Below, piece by piece: positions 48,074-58,753 of a DNA stretch of 64,000 nt. Origin of the DNA: Gemmatimonadaceae bacterium. GTDB lineage: Bacteria > Gemmatimonadota > Gemmatimonadetes > Gemmatimonadales > Gemmatimonadaceae. Position numbers and translations under genes: made by a program. The stretch lies in NCBI GenBank assembly GCA_051859245.1, contig JBHYGA010000004.1:448001-512000 (forward strand), given 5' to 3'. Every line of letters begins with the position of its first letter. Position 1 is the stretch's first letter. The notes beneath the pieces are model-generated. The model ran no database searches. It saw nothing but the letters and a program-made list of their open reading frames with translations, and had not been told where the DNA came from.

Positions 48074-48679
48074 ATGACAGCTGAATCATTGTGGACCAGT
48101 AGAGACGACGCGCCGTGGCAATCGGCACTGTCGCGGTATAGCGCCACCATCGCGTCTCAAGGAGTGGCGTCGCTCGCCGAACACGATCGCTGGTACCACC
48201 ACGAACTGCCGTTGGCGCTGCAGTCGCGCACACCGTCGTACGCGACGCACGAAGAACTGGTGCGCCTGACGGAGTGGAAGATGGCGCGCGGTGTGTGGCG
48301 CGCGCGCAATCTCGTATTGGTGCGCGGGAATAACGCCGAGCTGGTACAGGCGGTCACGCGGGACGCGTTTGCGTTGGTGCCGCACGAGAGTGCACCAATC
48401 GCGAAGGTGGCCGAACTGGCGGGTGTTGGGCCGGCCACGGCGTCGGCACTCCTGGCGGCGTATGCGCCCGCCCTCTATCCGTTTTTCGACGAACTCGTGG
48501 CGCACCAGATTCCGACACTCGGCCCGGTCGCGTTCACGCCGGCGTACTACAAACGGTATGCGCAGGCGATTCGGGAGCGGGCCGTCGAACTCGGTGGGGA
48601 CTGGACTCCTGCGCGCGTGGAGCGGGCGTTGTGGTCGTACGTTGGGGGCAAGGCGGGCGTCGCCACCAACAACAGTTAG
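48074..48679 (+). CDS. Helix-hairpin-helix DNA-glycosylase-like protein
   Basis: LTEWKMARG, HhH LAGVGPATASALL, PFFDE, VERALW. Confidence 0.7.
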   Translation: MTAESLWTSRDDAPWQSALSRYSATIASQGVASLAEHDRWYHHELPLALQSRTPSYATHEELVRLTEWKMARGVWRARNLVLVRGNNAELVQAVTRDAFALVPHESAPIAKVAELAGVGPATASALLAAYAPALYPFFDELVAHQIPTLGPVAFTPAYYKRYAQAIRERAVELGGDWTPARVERALWSYVGGKAGVATNNS

Positions 48680-49020
48680 CTCGGCCGCCCGCTTCTGGGG
48701 TCGTCGTCGCGCGGCCCATGACCCTCGGGTGGCGCGGCCCGCTTTTCCGTCAGCACCTTCGTGAGAAACCGCTGCCCCTCGGCCAGCCGTTCCACCTCGC
48801 GCGCCATGTCTTCCATGGTATCACGCATGGCATCGGCGTCAGGGTCAAGTGGCTCAAGGGGCGCATACGGCATTCCCGTGCCACGTGGGTACAACGTGTT
48901 GGGATTGATGCCGCGCTCGATGAGGCGACGCGTCCACTGGGCGCGCTCCTGCAGTCGCCCGTACCATGCGCCCGTCATGGCGCAGCCGGCGAGCATCGCA
49001 ACGATCAGGATGAGCAGCAT
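48676..49020 (-). CDS. Small membrane-anchored hypothetical protein
   Basis: N-terminal TM, coiled coil EVERLAEGQRFLTKVL. Confidence 0.65.
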   Translation of the reverse strand: MLLILIVAMLAGCAMTGAWYGRLQERAQWTRRLIERGINPNTLYPRGTGMPYAPLEPLDPDADAMRDTMEDMAREVERLAEGQRFLTKVLTEKRAAPPEGHGPRDDDPRSGRPS

Positions 49021-49111
49021 GTATCAGTGCGAGGGAGAAGGACGACCTCTTCACGATAGCCAATCGCGGAAGCGAACAGGTAGCAGATGTGCAAAATGAC
49101 ACAAGGCTGGT

Positions 49112-49134
49112 ATTGATGGTGGCTTATCATTATC
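49112..49134 (+). promoter_or_regulatory. Fur-family box-like sequence
   Basis: Minus strand reads GATAATGATAAG, 11 consecutive matches to the Fur consensus, 8 bp before the TonB receptor start. Confidence 0.45.
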
Positions 49135-49142
49135 CTTACCGG

Positions 49143-51515
49143 ATGACGCGTTTTCGCTCTTTCGTGCGCTTCCTCGCGATCGGCCTCGCCACCGCGCTGC
49201 TCGTCTCGCCGTTGTCGGCGAACGCGGCGCAGGCGCAGGGCGCTCGGCATTTGCACGGCGTGCTGGAAGACTCAGCGTCCGGCCAGCCGCTGCGCAGCGC
49301 GGAGGTTTCGGTGGAGTGGGGCGCCGCGCCTGGTGTGGTGCGACGCGCACGCAGCGATACGCACGGCCACTTCGATTTTCGCGACCTGCCGGCCCAGCGA
49401 GTGCTCGTGCGGGTTCGGCTGCTGGGTTATTCGCCGGTACAGCGTACCGTGGATCTGAGCGCCGATGATGTGCTCGTCAAGCTGGTGATGAGCCAGAGCA
49501 CCGTGATGCTCAATCAGGTGGCGATCACCGCGGATACACTCGTTGACGCGCTCGAACGCGTGGCCGCCATTACCACGCTCGACGCGCGCGCGCTCGACGC
49601 AACACGCGGCCAAACGCTTGGCGAAACGATCAAGAACCTGCCCGGTGTGTCGGTGATTCAGTTGGGGCCAAGCATTGCAAAGCCGGTGATTCGTGGACTG
49701 AACTCGCAGCGTGTGCTCGTGTTGAACGCCGGCCTGCGACAGGAAGATCAACAGTGGGGCACGGAGCACGCGCCCAATCTCGACAGCTTTGACGCGGATG
49801 CTGTGAGTGTGGTGCGCGGTGCGGCCACCGTGTTGTACGGCCCCGACGCACTTGGTGGCGTGGTGCGTGTGGATCACGCGAACGTTCCCGATTCCGGACG
49901 CATGCGTGGTGATGTGGCGATCAACGGGTTCACCAACAGTCGGCAGGGTGCGATGTCGATTGGCGTGCAAGGTGGCGGACTCATGTTGCCGCTCGTGGGT
50001 CGCACGGGCTATCGCGTACGCTTGACATCGCGCGTGGCAGGCAACGGTGCGGCGCCCGACTATTTCCTGTCAAACACCGGCTTTCGCGAACTCAACGGCA
50101 GCGCCACGCTTGGTGTGCAGCGCAACTGGGGTACGAGCGAACTGTTGATCAGTCGTTTTGCCACCGAGCTCGGTGTGTTGCGTCAGGCGCACGCGGGAAG
50201 CTTTGAAGACTTGCAGCGCGCGATGACTACGCCGCCAACGGACTCTGCGTTTTCATACGACATTGGCAGTCCGAATCAGCGTGTTGAACATACCACCGCG
50301 CGGTGGCGCAATACGTTCACCATGCGCGATGCGAGTGAGCTCGAAGTGGTGTACGGTTTTCAGTACAATCATCGACGAGAGTATGACGGACATGGGCCAC
50401 TGCGCTTTCAGAATGTGCCCGCGTTCAACCTGAAGCTGTTTACGAACTCGCTCGATGTGCGGTGGCGACACAGTACCTGGAACGGCTTGTTCGGCACGAT
50501 TGGTGCGAGCGCGATGATTCAAGGCAATCAGACGCTGGGCAAAGCGTTCCTGATTCCCGGCTTTGATCTGCAGCAGGGTGCGTTGTACGCGCAGGAAGAG
50601 TGGAGCGCTGGTCGCTTTTCCATTACGGGCGGCGCGCGCGCAGACATTTTTTCGCAGACCACGCTCGCGTTCGCTGATGCGGGTATTCGCAGCCCGGCGG
50701 GCACAAAATCCTGGACCGGATTTTCCGGTTCACTTGGCACCGCGTATCAGCTTGGTGACGGATGGAATGCCTCGCTGCGTGTGGCGCGCGCGTGGCGTCC
50801 GCCCACGGTGAACGAGCGATACGCGCAGGGTGTGCACCACGGCACCGCGCAGTACGAACTGGGTGATGCCACGCTCGTTGCGGAACGTTCGCTCGGTGTG
50901 GAATCGGGTTTGCGATACGCGGGGCGTGCGCTATCGCTCGATCTCGCCGCGTACTACAACACGATTTCGGATTTCATCTATCTGCAGCCGCGTGATCCGG
51001 TATTCACGTTGCGCGGCGCGTTTCCGGCGTACAACTACGCGCAGGCCGATGCACGGTTGCGCGGGGTGGAACTGGCGGGGACGTGGAGTGCGCGCGAGTG
51101 GCTGGAACTGCAGAGCACGGTGAATGTGGTGCGTGGTGTCAACCGCGAAACGGATCAGCCGCTATTCGATATGCCGGCGGATCGTGCGCTGCTGCAAGCG
51201 CGCATTGTGGGACAGCATGCACAGCTTGGCTCGTGGCACGCCGGGCTGGGTACGCTGCTGGTACGCAAGCAGGACGGTGTGCCTGAGGGCACGGTGTACA
51301 CGTTGCCCACGAATGGGTACGCGCTGATGAATGCAGAACTCGGAACAACGGGTCTGCGTGTCATGGGGCGTGCCATTGATGTGTCGATGTCCATGAACAA
51401 CGCACTCGACACACGGTTTCGCGACTACCTGAGTCGCTATCGGTTGTTCGTCAACGATGCCGGACGGGATGTCGTGCTGCGTGTGCGTATTCCGTTCAGC
51501 AATCAATCCCTGTAA
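49143..51515 (+). CDS. TonB-dependent receptor
   Basis: Signal peptide, plug KPVIRGL and VVRGAATVLYGPDALGGVV, barrel end GRDVVLRVRIPF. Confidence 0.93.
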   Translation: MTRFRSFVRFLAIGLATALLVSPLSANAAQAQGARHLHGVLEDSASGQPLRSAEVSVEWGAAPGVVRRARSDTHGHFDFRDLPAQRVLVRVRLLGYSPVQRTVDLSADDVLVKLVMSQSTVMLNQVAITADTLVDALERVAAITTLDARALDATRGQTLGETIKNLPGVSVIQLGPSIAKPVIRGLNSQRVLVLNAGLRQEDQQWGTEHAPNLDSFDADAVSVVRGAATVLYGPDALGGVVRVDHANVPDSGRMRGDVAINGFTNSRQGAMSIGVQGGGLMLPLVGRTGYRVRLTSRVAGNGAAPDYFLSNTGFRELNGSATLGVQRNWGTSELLISRFATELGVLRQAHAGSFEDLQRAMTTPPTDSAFSYDIGSPNQRVEHTTARWRNTFTMRDASELEVVYGFQYNHRREYDGHGPLRFQNVPAFNLKLFTNSLDVRWRHSTWNGLFGTIGASAMIQGNQTLGKAFLIPGFDLQQGALYAQEEWSAGRFSITGGARADIFSQTTLAFADAGIRSPAGTKSWTGFSGSLGTAYQLGDGWNASLRVARAWRPPTVNERYAQGVHHGTAQYELGDATLVAERSLGVESGLRYAGRALSLDLAAYYNTISDFIYLQPRDPVFTLRGAFPAYNYAQADARLRGVELAGTWSAREWLELQSTVNVVRGVNRETDQPLFDMPADRALLQARIVGQHAQLGSWHAGLGTLLVRKQDGVPEGTVYTLPTNGYALMNAELGTTGLRVMGRAIDVSMSMNNALDTRFRDYLSRYRLFVNDAGRDVVLRVRIPFSNQSL

Positions 51516-51535
51516 CACGAAGGAGCAACACAGCA

Positions 51536-52105
51536 ATGCAACAGAACGTACGTGGATTTGTGTACAGCGCCGTCACGGTCGCCGCACTCATTGGCGCCGC
51601 GGCCTGCGGTGATTCGTCAACGGCACCTGGTGGTGAGCAGGAAGTGATTTCGCGGGTGACGCTCACGCTCACACCATCGGGTGGTGGTGCGCCAATCGTG
51701 ACGTACATCGACGACCCGGATGGAGCCGGTCCGCAGGCGCCGGGAGCGCAGGTTGGTGCGCTCGCCCTCGCGCGTGGCGCTGTCTACACGGGTGCGGTGA
51801 AGTTCGAGAACCGTCTGGTGAATCCGCCGGAAGACATCACCGAAGAAGTGGAAGAAGAGTCGAACGAGCACCGCGTGATCTACACGGTGACGGGTGCGGG
51901 ACTTGAGATTGCGAACTACGACGTGGATTTGCAGGGGCGTCCGCTTGGCGTCACGTTTACCGCCGTGAGCGGTACACTCGCCGGAACCGGCGCGGTGCGC
52001 GTAGTGCTGTGCCACTACGGCGAGTCACCAAAGCCGGCAACCGCCACCAGCTGCACGGTGGACACCGATATTGACGTGGCCTTCAACTTCAGCATCTTGA
52101 ACTGA
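51536..52105 (+). CDS. Lipoprotein partner of TonB receptor
   Basis: AAGGAG RBS, lipobox AAAC, EQEVISRVTL, DITEEVEEESNEH, TDIDVAF. Confidence 0.8.
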   Translation: MQQNVRGFVYSAVTVAALIGAAACGDSSTAPGGEQEVISRVTLTLTPSGGGAPIVTYIDDPDGAGPQAPGAQVGALALARGAVYTGAVKFENRLVNPPEDITEEVEEESNEHRVIYTVTGAGLEIANYDVDLQGRPLGVTFTAVSGTLAGTGAVRVVLCHYGESPKPATATSCTVDTDIDVAFNFSILN

Positions 52106-53574
52106 TGCGCACGCTGGCCGTCACCCTGCTCCTGTTCGGCGCCTCCACCGGCGCCGCAGGGCAGGAAGTGTACGGCACCCTGCGTGCGAGCAGCAATGAA
52201 GCACCCGTTGCCGGCGCAATCGTGCTGGCACTGCGGGCCACCGATCAGAGCCAGCTCGCACGCACCATTACGGGAGATCGCGGCACGTACAGTCTGCGAT
52301 TTGAACCCGACTCGGTCACGTTGCGCGTGCTGCGCGTAGGACAGCGCCCCTTCGAGCTCGGCGCGCTGCGTGTGAACGAGGGCGAGCGCATTGAACGCAG
52401 CGCCGTGCTGCCCGATGCGCCCGTTGTTATTCAGACCATGACCACGCGTGTGTCGTCGCGCTGCCGTGTGCGTCCGGAAGGCAGCGAAACGGTGGCGCAG
52501 TTGTTTGATGAAGCACGCAAAGCGCTGGATGCATCGCGGTTGATCTCAAGCGATGGTGCGCCCGTTGCGCGCTACCTGATGTTCACACAATCACGCAGCG
52601 TGCGCGGCGCGGCGATCGGATTGCCGCAGCAAACGGTTCGCACCACCAGTTCAACGTCACCGTTTCGCAGCGTGGCGCCGGAATCATTGTCGGTAGCGGG
52701 ATACGTGACCGATGAATCAGACGGCAGCACACTCTACCGCGCACCAGACGCGCGAGTGCTCCTCTCCGACGAGTTTCTGTCGCAGCATTGTTTGCGACTG
52801 GTGAACGGCTCGCGCGCCGAACCACACTTGATCGGCGTGGAGTTTGAGCCGGCCACACGCTCCCGTGATCTTGTGCAGGTGCGCGGCACACTCTGGATGG
52901 ATCGCAGCACCAAGGAACTGCAGCGCCTTGATTTTGTGTACGTCGGGCTTGATCCGGCGCTCATGCGAGCGAATCCCGGTGGCAGGGTAGAGTACACGCG
53001 TCTCGATAACGGGGTGTGGTTTGCGAGTTACTGGGAGATTCGTATGCCGCGCTACTCCATGCGCGCACAGCGCAGCGAACTCAACATGCAGGCGGCCGGA
53101 TCACGCCGCGACATCGTCGTAGAAGGTGTGCAGGTCACAGGCGGTGAAGTGCTCGGCATTACCACCCGCGCCGGTATGTTGTACACACGCGGCATTCCGG
53201 AAACGTCAACAATCGGCGTATCGGATTTGTCGGCCGAAGAGTCCGCGTGTGCCGATGCGTCTGCCTCGGGTACGCTTGCTGGCGTGGTAGGTGTGGTGCA
53301 GAACAATGGGCGCAATGCAATTGCCGCGGCCACGGTACGCGCTGAATGGAAGCAGGAGTTCCGGCGCGTGGGGAACGATCAGTGGGTGTGGCAGAACCGT
53401 ACGCTGTCCACCGTGACCGATGACACGGGCTACTACAGTTTATGCAGCGTGCCCAAACAACAGTTAATCACGCTGCAGAGCACGTATGAAGAGCGTGCGA
53501 GCCGCAAGGTGTCAGTGCGCGTTCCGCAATCACGCGCGCAAGCGGTTGTTAACCTGACGATTCCGGATCGCTAG
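52105..53574 (+). CDS. Carboxypeptidase-regulatory-like domain protein
   Basis: Paralog of 44393-45904 (PDARVLLSDEFLSQHC, GYYSLC). Confidence 0.75.
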   Translation: MRTLAVTLLLFGASTGAAGQEVYGTLRASSNEAPVAGAIVLALRATDQSQLARTITGDRGTYSLRFEPDSVTLRVLRVGQRPFELGALRVNEGERIERSAVLPDAPVVIQTMTTRVSSRCRVRPEGSETVAQLFDEARKALDASRLISSDGAPVARYLMFTQSRSVRGAAIGLPQQTVRTTSSTSPFRSVAPESLSVAGYVTDESDGSTLYRAPDARVLLSDEFLSQHCLRLVNGSRAEPHLIGVEFEPATRSRDLVQVRGTLWMDRSTKELQRLDFVYVGLDPALMRANPGGRVEYTRLDNGVWFASYWEIRMPRYSMRAQRSELNMQAAGSRRDIVVEGVQVTGGEVLGITTRAGMLYTRGIPETSTIGVSDLSAEESACADASASGTLAGVVGVVQNNGRNAIAAATVRAEWKQEFRRVGNDQWVWQNRTLSTVTDDTGYYSLCSVPKQQLITLQSTYEERASRKVSVRVPQSRAQAVVNLTIPDR

Positions 53575-54735
53575 CGACTTTGGCGCGTCGTCCGGCACTG
53601 CGAATGAGTGCGATGCCGCCAAGTGAAACCACGGCGCCAACAACAAACGGCCACGACAGATTGGTGAGCGAGACCACGCCGCTCGCGCCAAACGGGCCGA
53701 TCACGCGCCCGAATGACGCCGCGCTCTGATATTCGCCCAGTGCGGCGCCGCGTTCGTGCGGCCCCGAGAGGCCGGCAATCAGGTTGCCAAAGGTTGGATT
53801 CAGAATTGCCGAACCCAGTCCAAACACACCGCGAGCGCCACGAGCAGAATGCTCATGGTGCCCGACACGGGAATTGCGATCATCCCCACGGCCACCAGCA
53901 CAATGCCGATTTGCGCGAGCACATACGCGCCAAACCGTTTGGTGAGTGGTGCGGTGAGCCACACCTGCACGACCACACTCACAATGCCAACGAACATGTA
54001 CACGAGCCCGAGTGTGCGCGGCCCCATGTTCATGGTTTGTGCGGCCCACAGTGCGAGTGTGCTTTGCAACATGGCCACGGCAGCGATGACCACCACGGTG
54101 GTAAGCAACACCTGTCGCATGCCATCGCGCTTGAAGTACGTGCCGAGTTTTGGTCGTGGCTTGGAACGTGTGGTGGCGCGCACTTCATCAGACAGCGATT
54201 CGGGCAATCGGAAGAACGTGAGCACGAGCGCAATGAGCGACATCACGGCGGCGCCCCAGGCCACACGAACGAGGCCATCGCCGGCCGCGTCATTGCCGGC
54301 GAGCAGGCCACCAAGTGCCGGGCCGGCAATGAAGCCGAGTCCGAATGCGGAGCCAAGCAGTCCGAGCGCTTTGGGGCGCGTGGCGTCGGTGGTGATGTCG
54401 GTGGCGTAGGCGTAGGCGGTGGCCACGTTGCCGGCGGCGAGGCCGGCGGCAATGCGCGAAACCGCGAGCTCAAGACCGGAATCAGCAAAGGCCAGCATCA
54501 TGGATGCAACGGCGTTGCCGAGCAACGTGATTAAAAGCACGGGCCGTCGGCCGATCCGGTCCGACATTGTGCCCCAGATCGGTGACCCGACCAGTTGGCC
54601 CAATGAATACAGGCCGAGGAAGAAGATCACCGACGCCGGGTCCACCCCGGTGCGTTCCGCGTAGAACGGAAACACCGGAATGATCATGCCGAAGCCGATC
54701 AGGTCGAGAAAGACGATGATAAAGAGCGTGAGCAT
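53549..54735 (-). pseudogene. TetA-like MFS transporter with frameshift near 53825
   Basis: FLDLIGFG, SDRIGRRP. Final TMs (FGLGSAILNP...FGRVIGP) lie in another frame after GTGTGTTTG. Confidence 0.8.
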
Positions 54736-54825
54736 TGGTGCGCGAAGGGTAGCGAGGCCAACTGTTTCGCGCGACCGTGCGTTTACAAGCGAGCTCAATC
54801 ACTTCCCCGCAGGAATCACACCTCC

Positions 54826-55434
54826 ATGACTCGTCGCGCCTCCAGGCCGTCCTCTTCACGTGCGCGCCGCGGCGTGACTCCAGCCCCTCTGGGCGCGCCC
54901 TTAGCGTCACTGCAGGCGTTGGAATCGAGTCGTGGAGGAGAAAATGCTTCTGTACTGCTCGATAAATGGCGCGATAGCGTCGACAAATCGGAGCAGGTGT
55001 TCACCGCGTCCGTGGCGTACCTCTCCACCGGCAAGCCAGAAGGCTTCACCAAAGACGAGCGCTGGTTTCTGCTCGCGTTGCTCGCCGAGGCAGTTGATGA
55101 CGAGGAGCTCGGGCCGGCCTGCGAGGCGCTCGAGGAGCGGCTGGAAGAGGAAGCGGCAAAGTGGCCGGGTGATCACGACGACGAACCTGATGATTCCAAG
55201 CTGCGCGAGCTGTCGCCCGTGTATCTCACCATGTCCGACGCGTGGTCGTCACTGCGTCTGGCTATTGAGGTGAACTTTTTCACGACGATTGGTCTGCCGG
55301 AGGCCGCGCGCGCGTTGGTAAGCGACGGCAACGAATGGGAACGTGCACTGCGTGACGGTGAGGCGACACTTCTGGGTGTGCCGCGCATCGTGCTCACGGC
55401 AGACGACGATCCATTCGGTATCTTGATGAAATGA
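54826..55434 (+). CDS. Hypothetical acidic protein
   Basis: 202-aa ORF with ATGA overlap to exonuclease. Start uncertain. Confidence 0.6.
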   Translation: MTRRASRPSSSRARRGVTPAPLGAPLASLQALESSRGGENASVLLDKWRDSVDKSEQVFTASVAYLSTGKPEGFTKDERWFLLALLAEAVDDEELGPACEALEERLEEEAAKWPGDHDDEPDDSKLRELSPVYLTMSDAWSSLRLAIEVNFFTTIGLPEAARALVSDGNEWERALRDGEATLLGVPRIVLTADDDPFGILMK

Positions 55435-56315
55435 CCGACTTCGAACTCCTCGCGACACAACTCGAAACGCACGCCGACTATCGCGTACTGCGTCGACTGA
55501 AACCCACGGAGCGATTTGTTGCGCCATCGCCGGATCATCAGCTGCGACACGCGCTCATTGTTGATGTAGAAAGCACGGGCATCGACAAAAGCACCGACGC
55601 GATTATTGAACTTGGTGTGGTGCGCTTTACCTACGACGCGGTCACAAGTCAGCCGGTTGAAGTGATCGCCGCCGAGTCGATGCTCGAAGATCCGGGTCGC
55701 AGCATTCCGGCCGAAGTGGTGGCCCTCACCGGCATTACCGACGACATGGTGCGCGGACAGCGCATCTCTGATGTTCGCGTGCATGAACTGCTCGATGGCG
55801 CGGGTATTGTGTTCGCGCACAACGCGGCGTTTGATCGCGCGTTTGTGGAGCGACGGTTTCCGGCGTTTAAAGATGTGTACTGGGGCTGCACGCAGCGCGA
55901 CATCGATTGGCGCGCACTCGGTATTGGTTCACATTCGCTCGAGTTTCTGGTGTACCGTCATCTTGGTGCGTTCTTTGACGGACATCGCGCGGTCGACGAT
56001 TGTCGTGCCACGTTAGCGTTGCTTGAAAAGCGCACGGCAGACGGCACGTTGCCCATGGCCAAACTGCTCGACGCGTGTCGCATGCCGCGTGTGAAGGTGA
56101 GCGCGGTGGGCAGTGCGTTTGACACCAAGGACATGTTGCGCGAGCGCGGGTACCGATGGAGCGGGAACGATGGCCTGCCGCCCAAAACGTGGTGCAAGGA
56201 GATTCCGGAGTCGCAGCTGGCGGAGGAGCGCGAATGGCTGCGGAGCATGGTGTACGCCACGGGCCGCGGTGAGCCGAGTGTGGAGAAGGTGGATCTGAAG
56301 CGTCGCTGGACGTGA
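55431..56315 (+). CDS. DEDDh 3'-5' exonuclease (DnaQ-like)
   Basis: VDVESTG, AHNAAFDR, HRAVDDC. Confidence 0.92.
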   Translation: MTDFELLATQLETHADYRVLRRLKPTERFVAPSPDHQLRHALIVDVESTGIDKSTDAIIELGVVRFTYDAVTSQPVEVIAAESMLEDPGRSIPAEVVALTGITDDMVRGQRISDVRVHELLDGAGIVFAHNAAFDRAFVERRFPAFKDVYWGCTQRDIDWRALGIGSHSLEFLVYRHLGAFFDGHRAVDDCRATLALLEKRTADGTLPMAKLLDACRMPRVKVSAVGSAFDTKDMLRERGYRWSGNDGLPPKTWCKEIPESQLAEEREWLRSMVYATGRGEPSVEKVDLKRRWT

Positions 56316-56409
56316 TGCGGTAGCGATTTTAGGAGCGCGGGGCGGGTCATCGTACCCTGTCACGGAAGAGCTTGTCCGGTGAGGTTACACTCGTGCGCAC
56401 CATACGGGT

Positions 56410-57066
56410 ATGCACATCACCTCACGATTCCCGATGCTTCCGATTTCCCCCGATATCTGGACGATCCGAGCGATGCTCGTTGGCCGCGTGTACGTGTTAC
56501 GCGACGCCGACGGGCTCACGCTCGTGGACGCCGGTTTGTGGGGGCGCGGCGGCCGTATTCTGCAGGCGCTCGCACGCGATGGTTTTCCGGCCGAATCAGT
56601 GAAACGCGTGATCCTCACGCATCACGATCTCGATCACGCGGGTGGCCTCGACACGGTGTTGCACGCCACGCGCGCCGAACTGATCGCGTCACCGGTCACC
56701 ATGCAGCGTTTGCGTCGCGGCACGCGTGCACTCGCAGGTGCAACGCGCGCGGTGACCGACGGCATGATATTGCGCGACATTCTGGGCGGGCTCGCGGTGA
56801 TTGAAACGCCGGGTCACCGACAGGGGCATCTCTCGTTGTGGCAACCGGAGCGTGGTGTGCTCATTGCCGGTGATGCGGTGATGACGGGTGCGCTGTCGAG
56901 TGTGGCGCCGTGGTTGGCGCACGATCGCAGTCAGCTGGCGCACGATCTCGATCGATTGTCGCGACTGGCGCCGCAACTGGTGTTGCCGGGGCACGGCGGT
57001 GTACTACGACGCGGGGCCGGTGTGTGGCTGTCGTCGCGTGCGGCTCGGATTCGCGGGGCGTACTGA
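56410..57066 (+). CDS. MBL-fold metallo-hydrolase
   Basis: THHDLDHAGG, TPGH, AGD, LPGHG. Confidence 0.9.
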   Translation: MHITSRFPMLPISPDIWTIRAMLVGRVYVLRDADGLTLVDAGLWGRGGRILQALARDGFPAESVKRVILTHHDLDHAGGLDTVLHATRAELIASPVTMQRLRRGTRALAGATRAVTDGMILRDILGGLAVIETPGHRQGHLSLWQPERGVLIAGDAVMTGALSSVAPWLAHDRSQLAHDLDRLSRLAPQLVLPGHGGVLRRGAGVWLSSRAARIRGAY

Positions 57067-57080
57067 GCGAGGTTGTACCA

Positions 57081-57138
57081 GGTGCAGGTGGAGGGCACGG
57101 GAAGGCGCGAAAAGCTCGAAGGGCCCTCCACCTGCACC
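57081..57138. terminator. 16-bp perfect inverted repeat between convergent genes
   Basis: GGTGCAGGTGGAGGGC / GCCCTCCACCTGCACC with 26-nt loop. Confidence 0.6.
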
Positions 57139-57149
57139 CAAGCCAATCT

Positions 57150-58739
57150 TCACGACACGCGAAAACTTCCCGACGGCCGCTCCGGCACAACATCCGGCGG
57201 CCACACAATATCCTCGACCTCGGCGTGCATCCACGCATCCGCATGCAGTGGCTTGCCCACCGGAAATGCATCCGCCGCCGCGAACTCCTGCGTGATACGC
57301 GTCGCCTCCACACTCTCCGCGTCGCTCGCCGTAAGACCAACCGGCAGCGCAATCACAAAGCGCGCACCACTCCCCTGCGCGGCATCGGTCACGTACGCCG
57401 TGCCACCGTGACGTTCGGCCAACGTGCGCACCACGCTCAGACCAAGTCCGCTGCCACCAACCGTGCCGTCGCCGGGATTCAAACGCTCAAACGGTTCCCA
57501 GATGCGCGGACGTTCAGACGCGGGCACACCCGCGCCTTGATCATCCACACGAAACTCCACCGCATGTTTGGCACCGCTACCAAGTTCGAGCGTAATCGTT
57601 TGTCCAACCGGTCCGTACTTCACCGCGTTGTCGAGCAGGTTAAGCAGCATTTGTCGCAGCGCACCAGCGTCTACAAACGCCAGCGCCGCTGACGGCAATC
57701 GCGTACGAATCGTCACGCGTCGCGCAGCCGCAACCGGAAGGAAACCCAGAATCACATCGCGCGCGAGCTGCGCCACGTCGGTGACTTCACGCGCAAGTGG
57801 CAAGGCACGTCGCTCTGATCGCGCAAAACGCAGAATACTTTCCACGAGATGCCCCAGTCGTTCACTCTCGCGGTTGATTACACCAATCCAGCGCTTGGCC
57901 TGCTCCGGCGATTTGGCGCGATCGAGCAACAGCGTTTCGCTGAACATGCGAATCTGCGTGAGCGGCGTGCGCAACTCATGTGAGACGGCCGACACAAACT
58001 CGTCTTGCGCCTGCACCAGCTGTTGCTGTTGGCGAAGAAACAGCGCAGCACTTGCTGCGAACGTGGCCGCGAGTGCGAGCAATCCAACCAATAACCAACG
58101 CCCGGAGCCGGGCATGGCGCGCGCAATGATGTCATCCGCGACTTCGCGGTGCAGGCGCACGCCGACGTCAAGACAGTCGGGCAACGTGCGATACGAAAAC
58201 TCGCCAAGAACAGATGACCCTGCGAACTGCGGTATGTCGTAGCTCTCGTCACGAAACCGAACCACACCTCGGCAATCACGCACTTCAAACGCGAGCACAT
58301 TGTTGAGCGACGCCGGATTTGGAATGGCCAGCGAACGTCCATTCTTACCCACATGCACGCCCATGGAGTTGGCCGTGTCCACCGGCCACGGTACTCCACC
58401 GAACGTGGGCGGCAACAACTCGATTGAGCGACGTACGGTGAGCGCGAGCTGCGGAATCTGATCCGCGCCCTGCATGGCAATCGCGCCGCTGAACGCGTCG
58501 GGCGCGCGCAGTCGCAAGTGCTCCGCAAACTGCCGCGCGGCAAACATGACCTGTGCGCCGAGCGCCTGTTGCATGTTGTCGCGCTGCGATTGCCACGAAC
58601 GAATCGTGGCCACTACCGCAATGCACACCACCAGCACGGTGGCGAGCAGCGCCCCAACCGCCAGCCGTGCCGCACGGTGACGCGAACCGGCGGCGCCAAC
58701 GGTTGGCTGTTGCGTCGAAGCTGCGCGCTCCGTTGTCAC
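57150..58739 (-). CDS. Membrane sensor histidine kinase
   Basis: Two TMs, SHELRTPL, NLLDNAVKY, DQGAG, GSGLGL. Confidence 0.93.
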   Translation of the reverse strand: MTTERAASTQQPTVGAAGSRHRAARLAVGALLATVLVVCIAVVATIRSWQSQRDNMQQALGAQVMFAARQFAEHLRLRAPDAFSGAIAMQGADQIPQLALTVRRSIELLPPTFGGVPWPVDTANSMGVHVGKNGRSLAIPNPASLNNVLAFEVRDCRGVVRFRDESYDIPQFAGSSVLGEFSYRTLPDCLDVGVRLHREVADDIIARAMPGSGRWLLVGLLALAATFAASAALFLRQQQQLVQAQDEFVSAVSHELRTPLTQIRMFSETLLLDRAKSPEQAKRWIGVINRESERLGHLVESILRFARSERRALPLAREVTDVAQLARDVILGFLPVAAARRVTIRTRLPSAALAFVDAGALRQMLLNLLDNAVKYGPVGQTITLELGSGAKHAVEFRVDDQGAGVPASERPRIWEPFERLNPGDGTVGGSGLGLSVVRTLAERHGGTAYVTDAAQGSGARFVIALPVGLTASDAESVEATRITQEFAAADAFPVGKPLHADAWMHAEVEDIVWPPDVVPERPSGSFRVS

Positions 58740-58753
58740 GTGAGGCGTATCAG

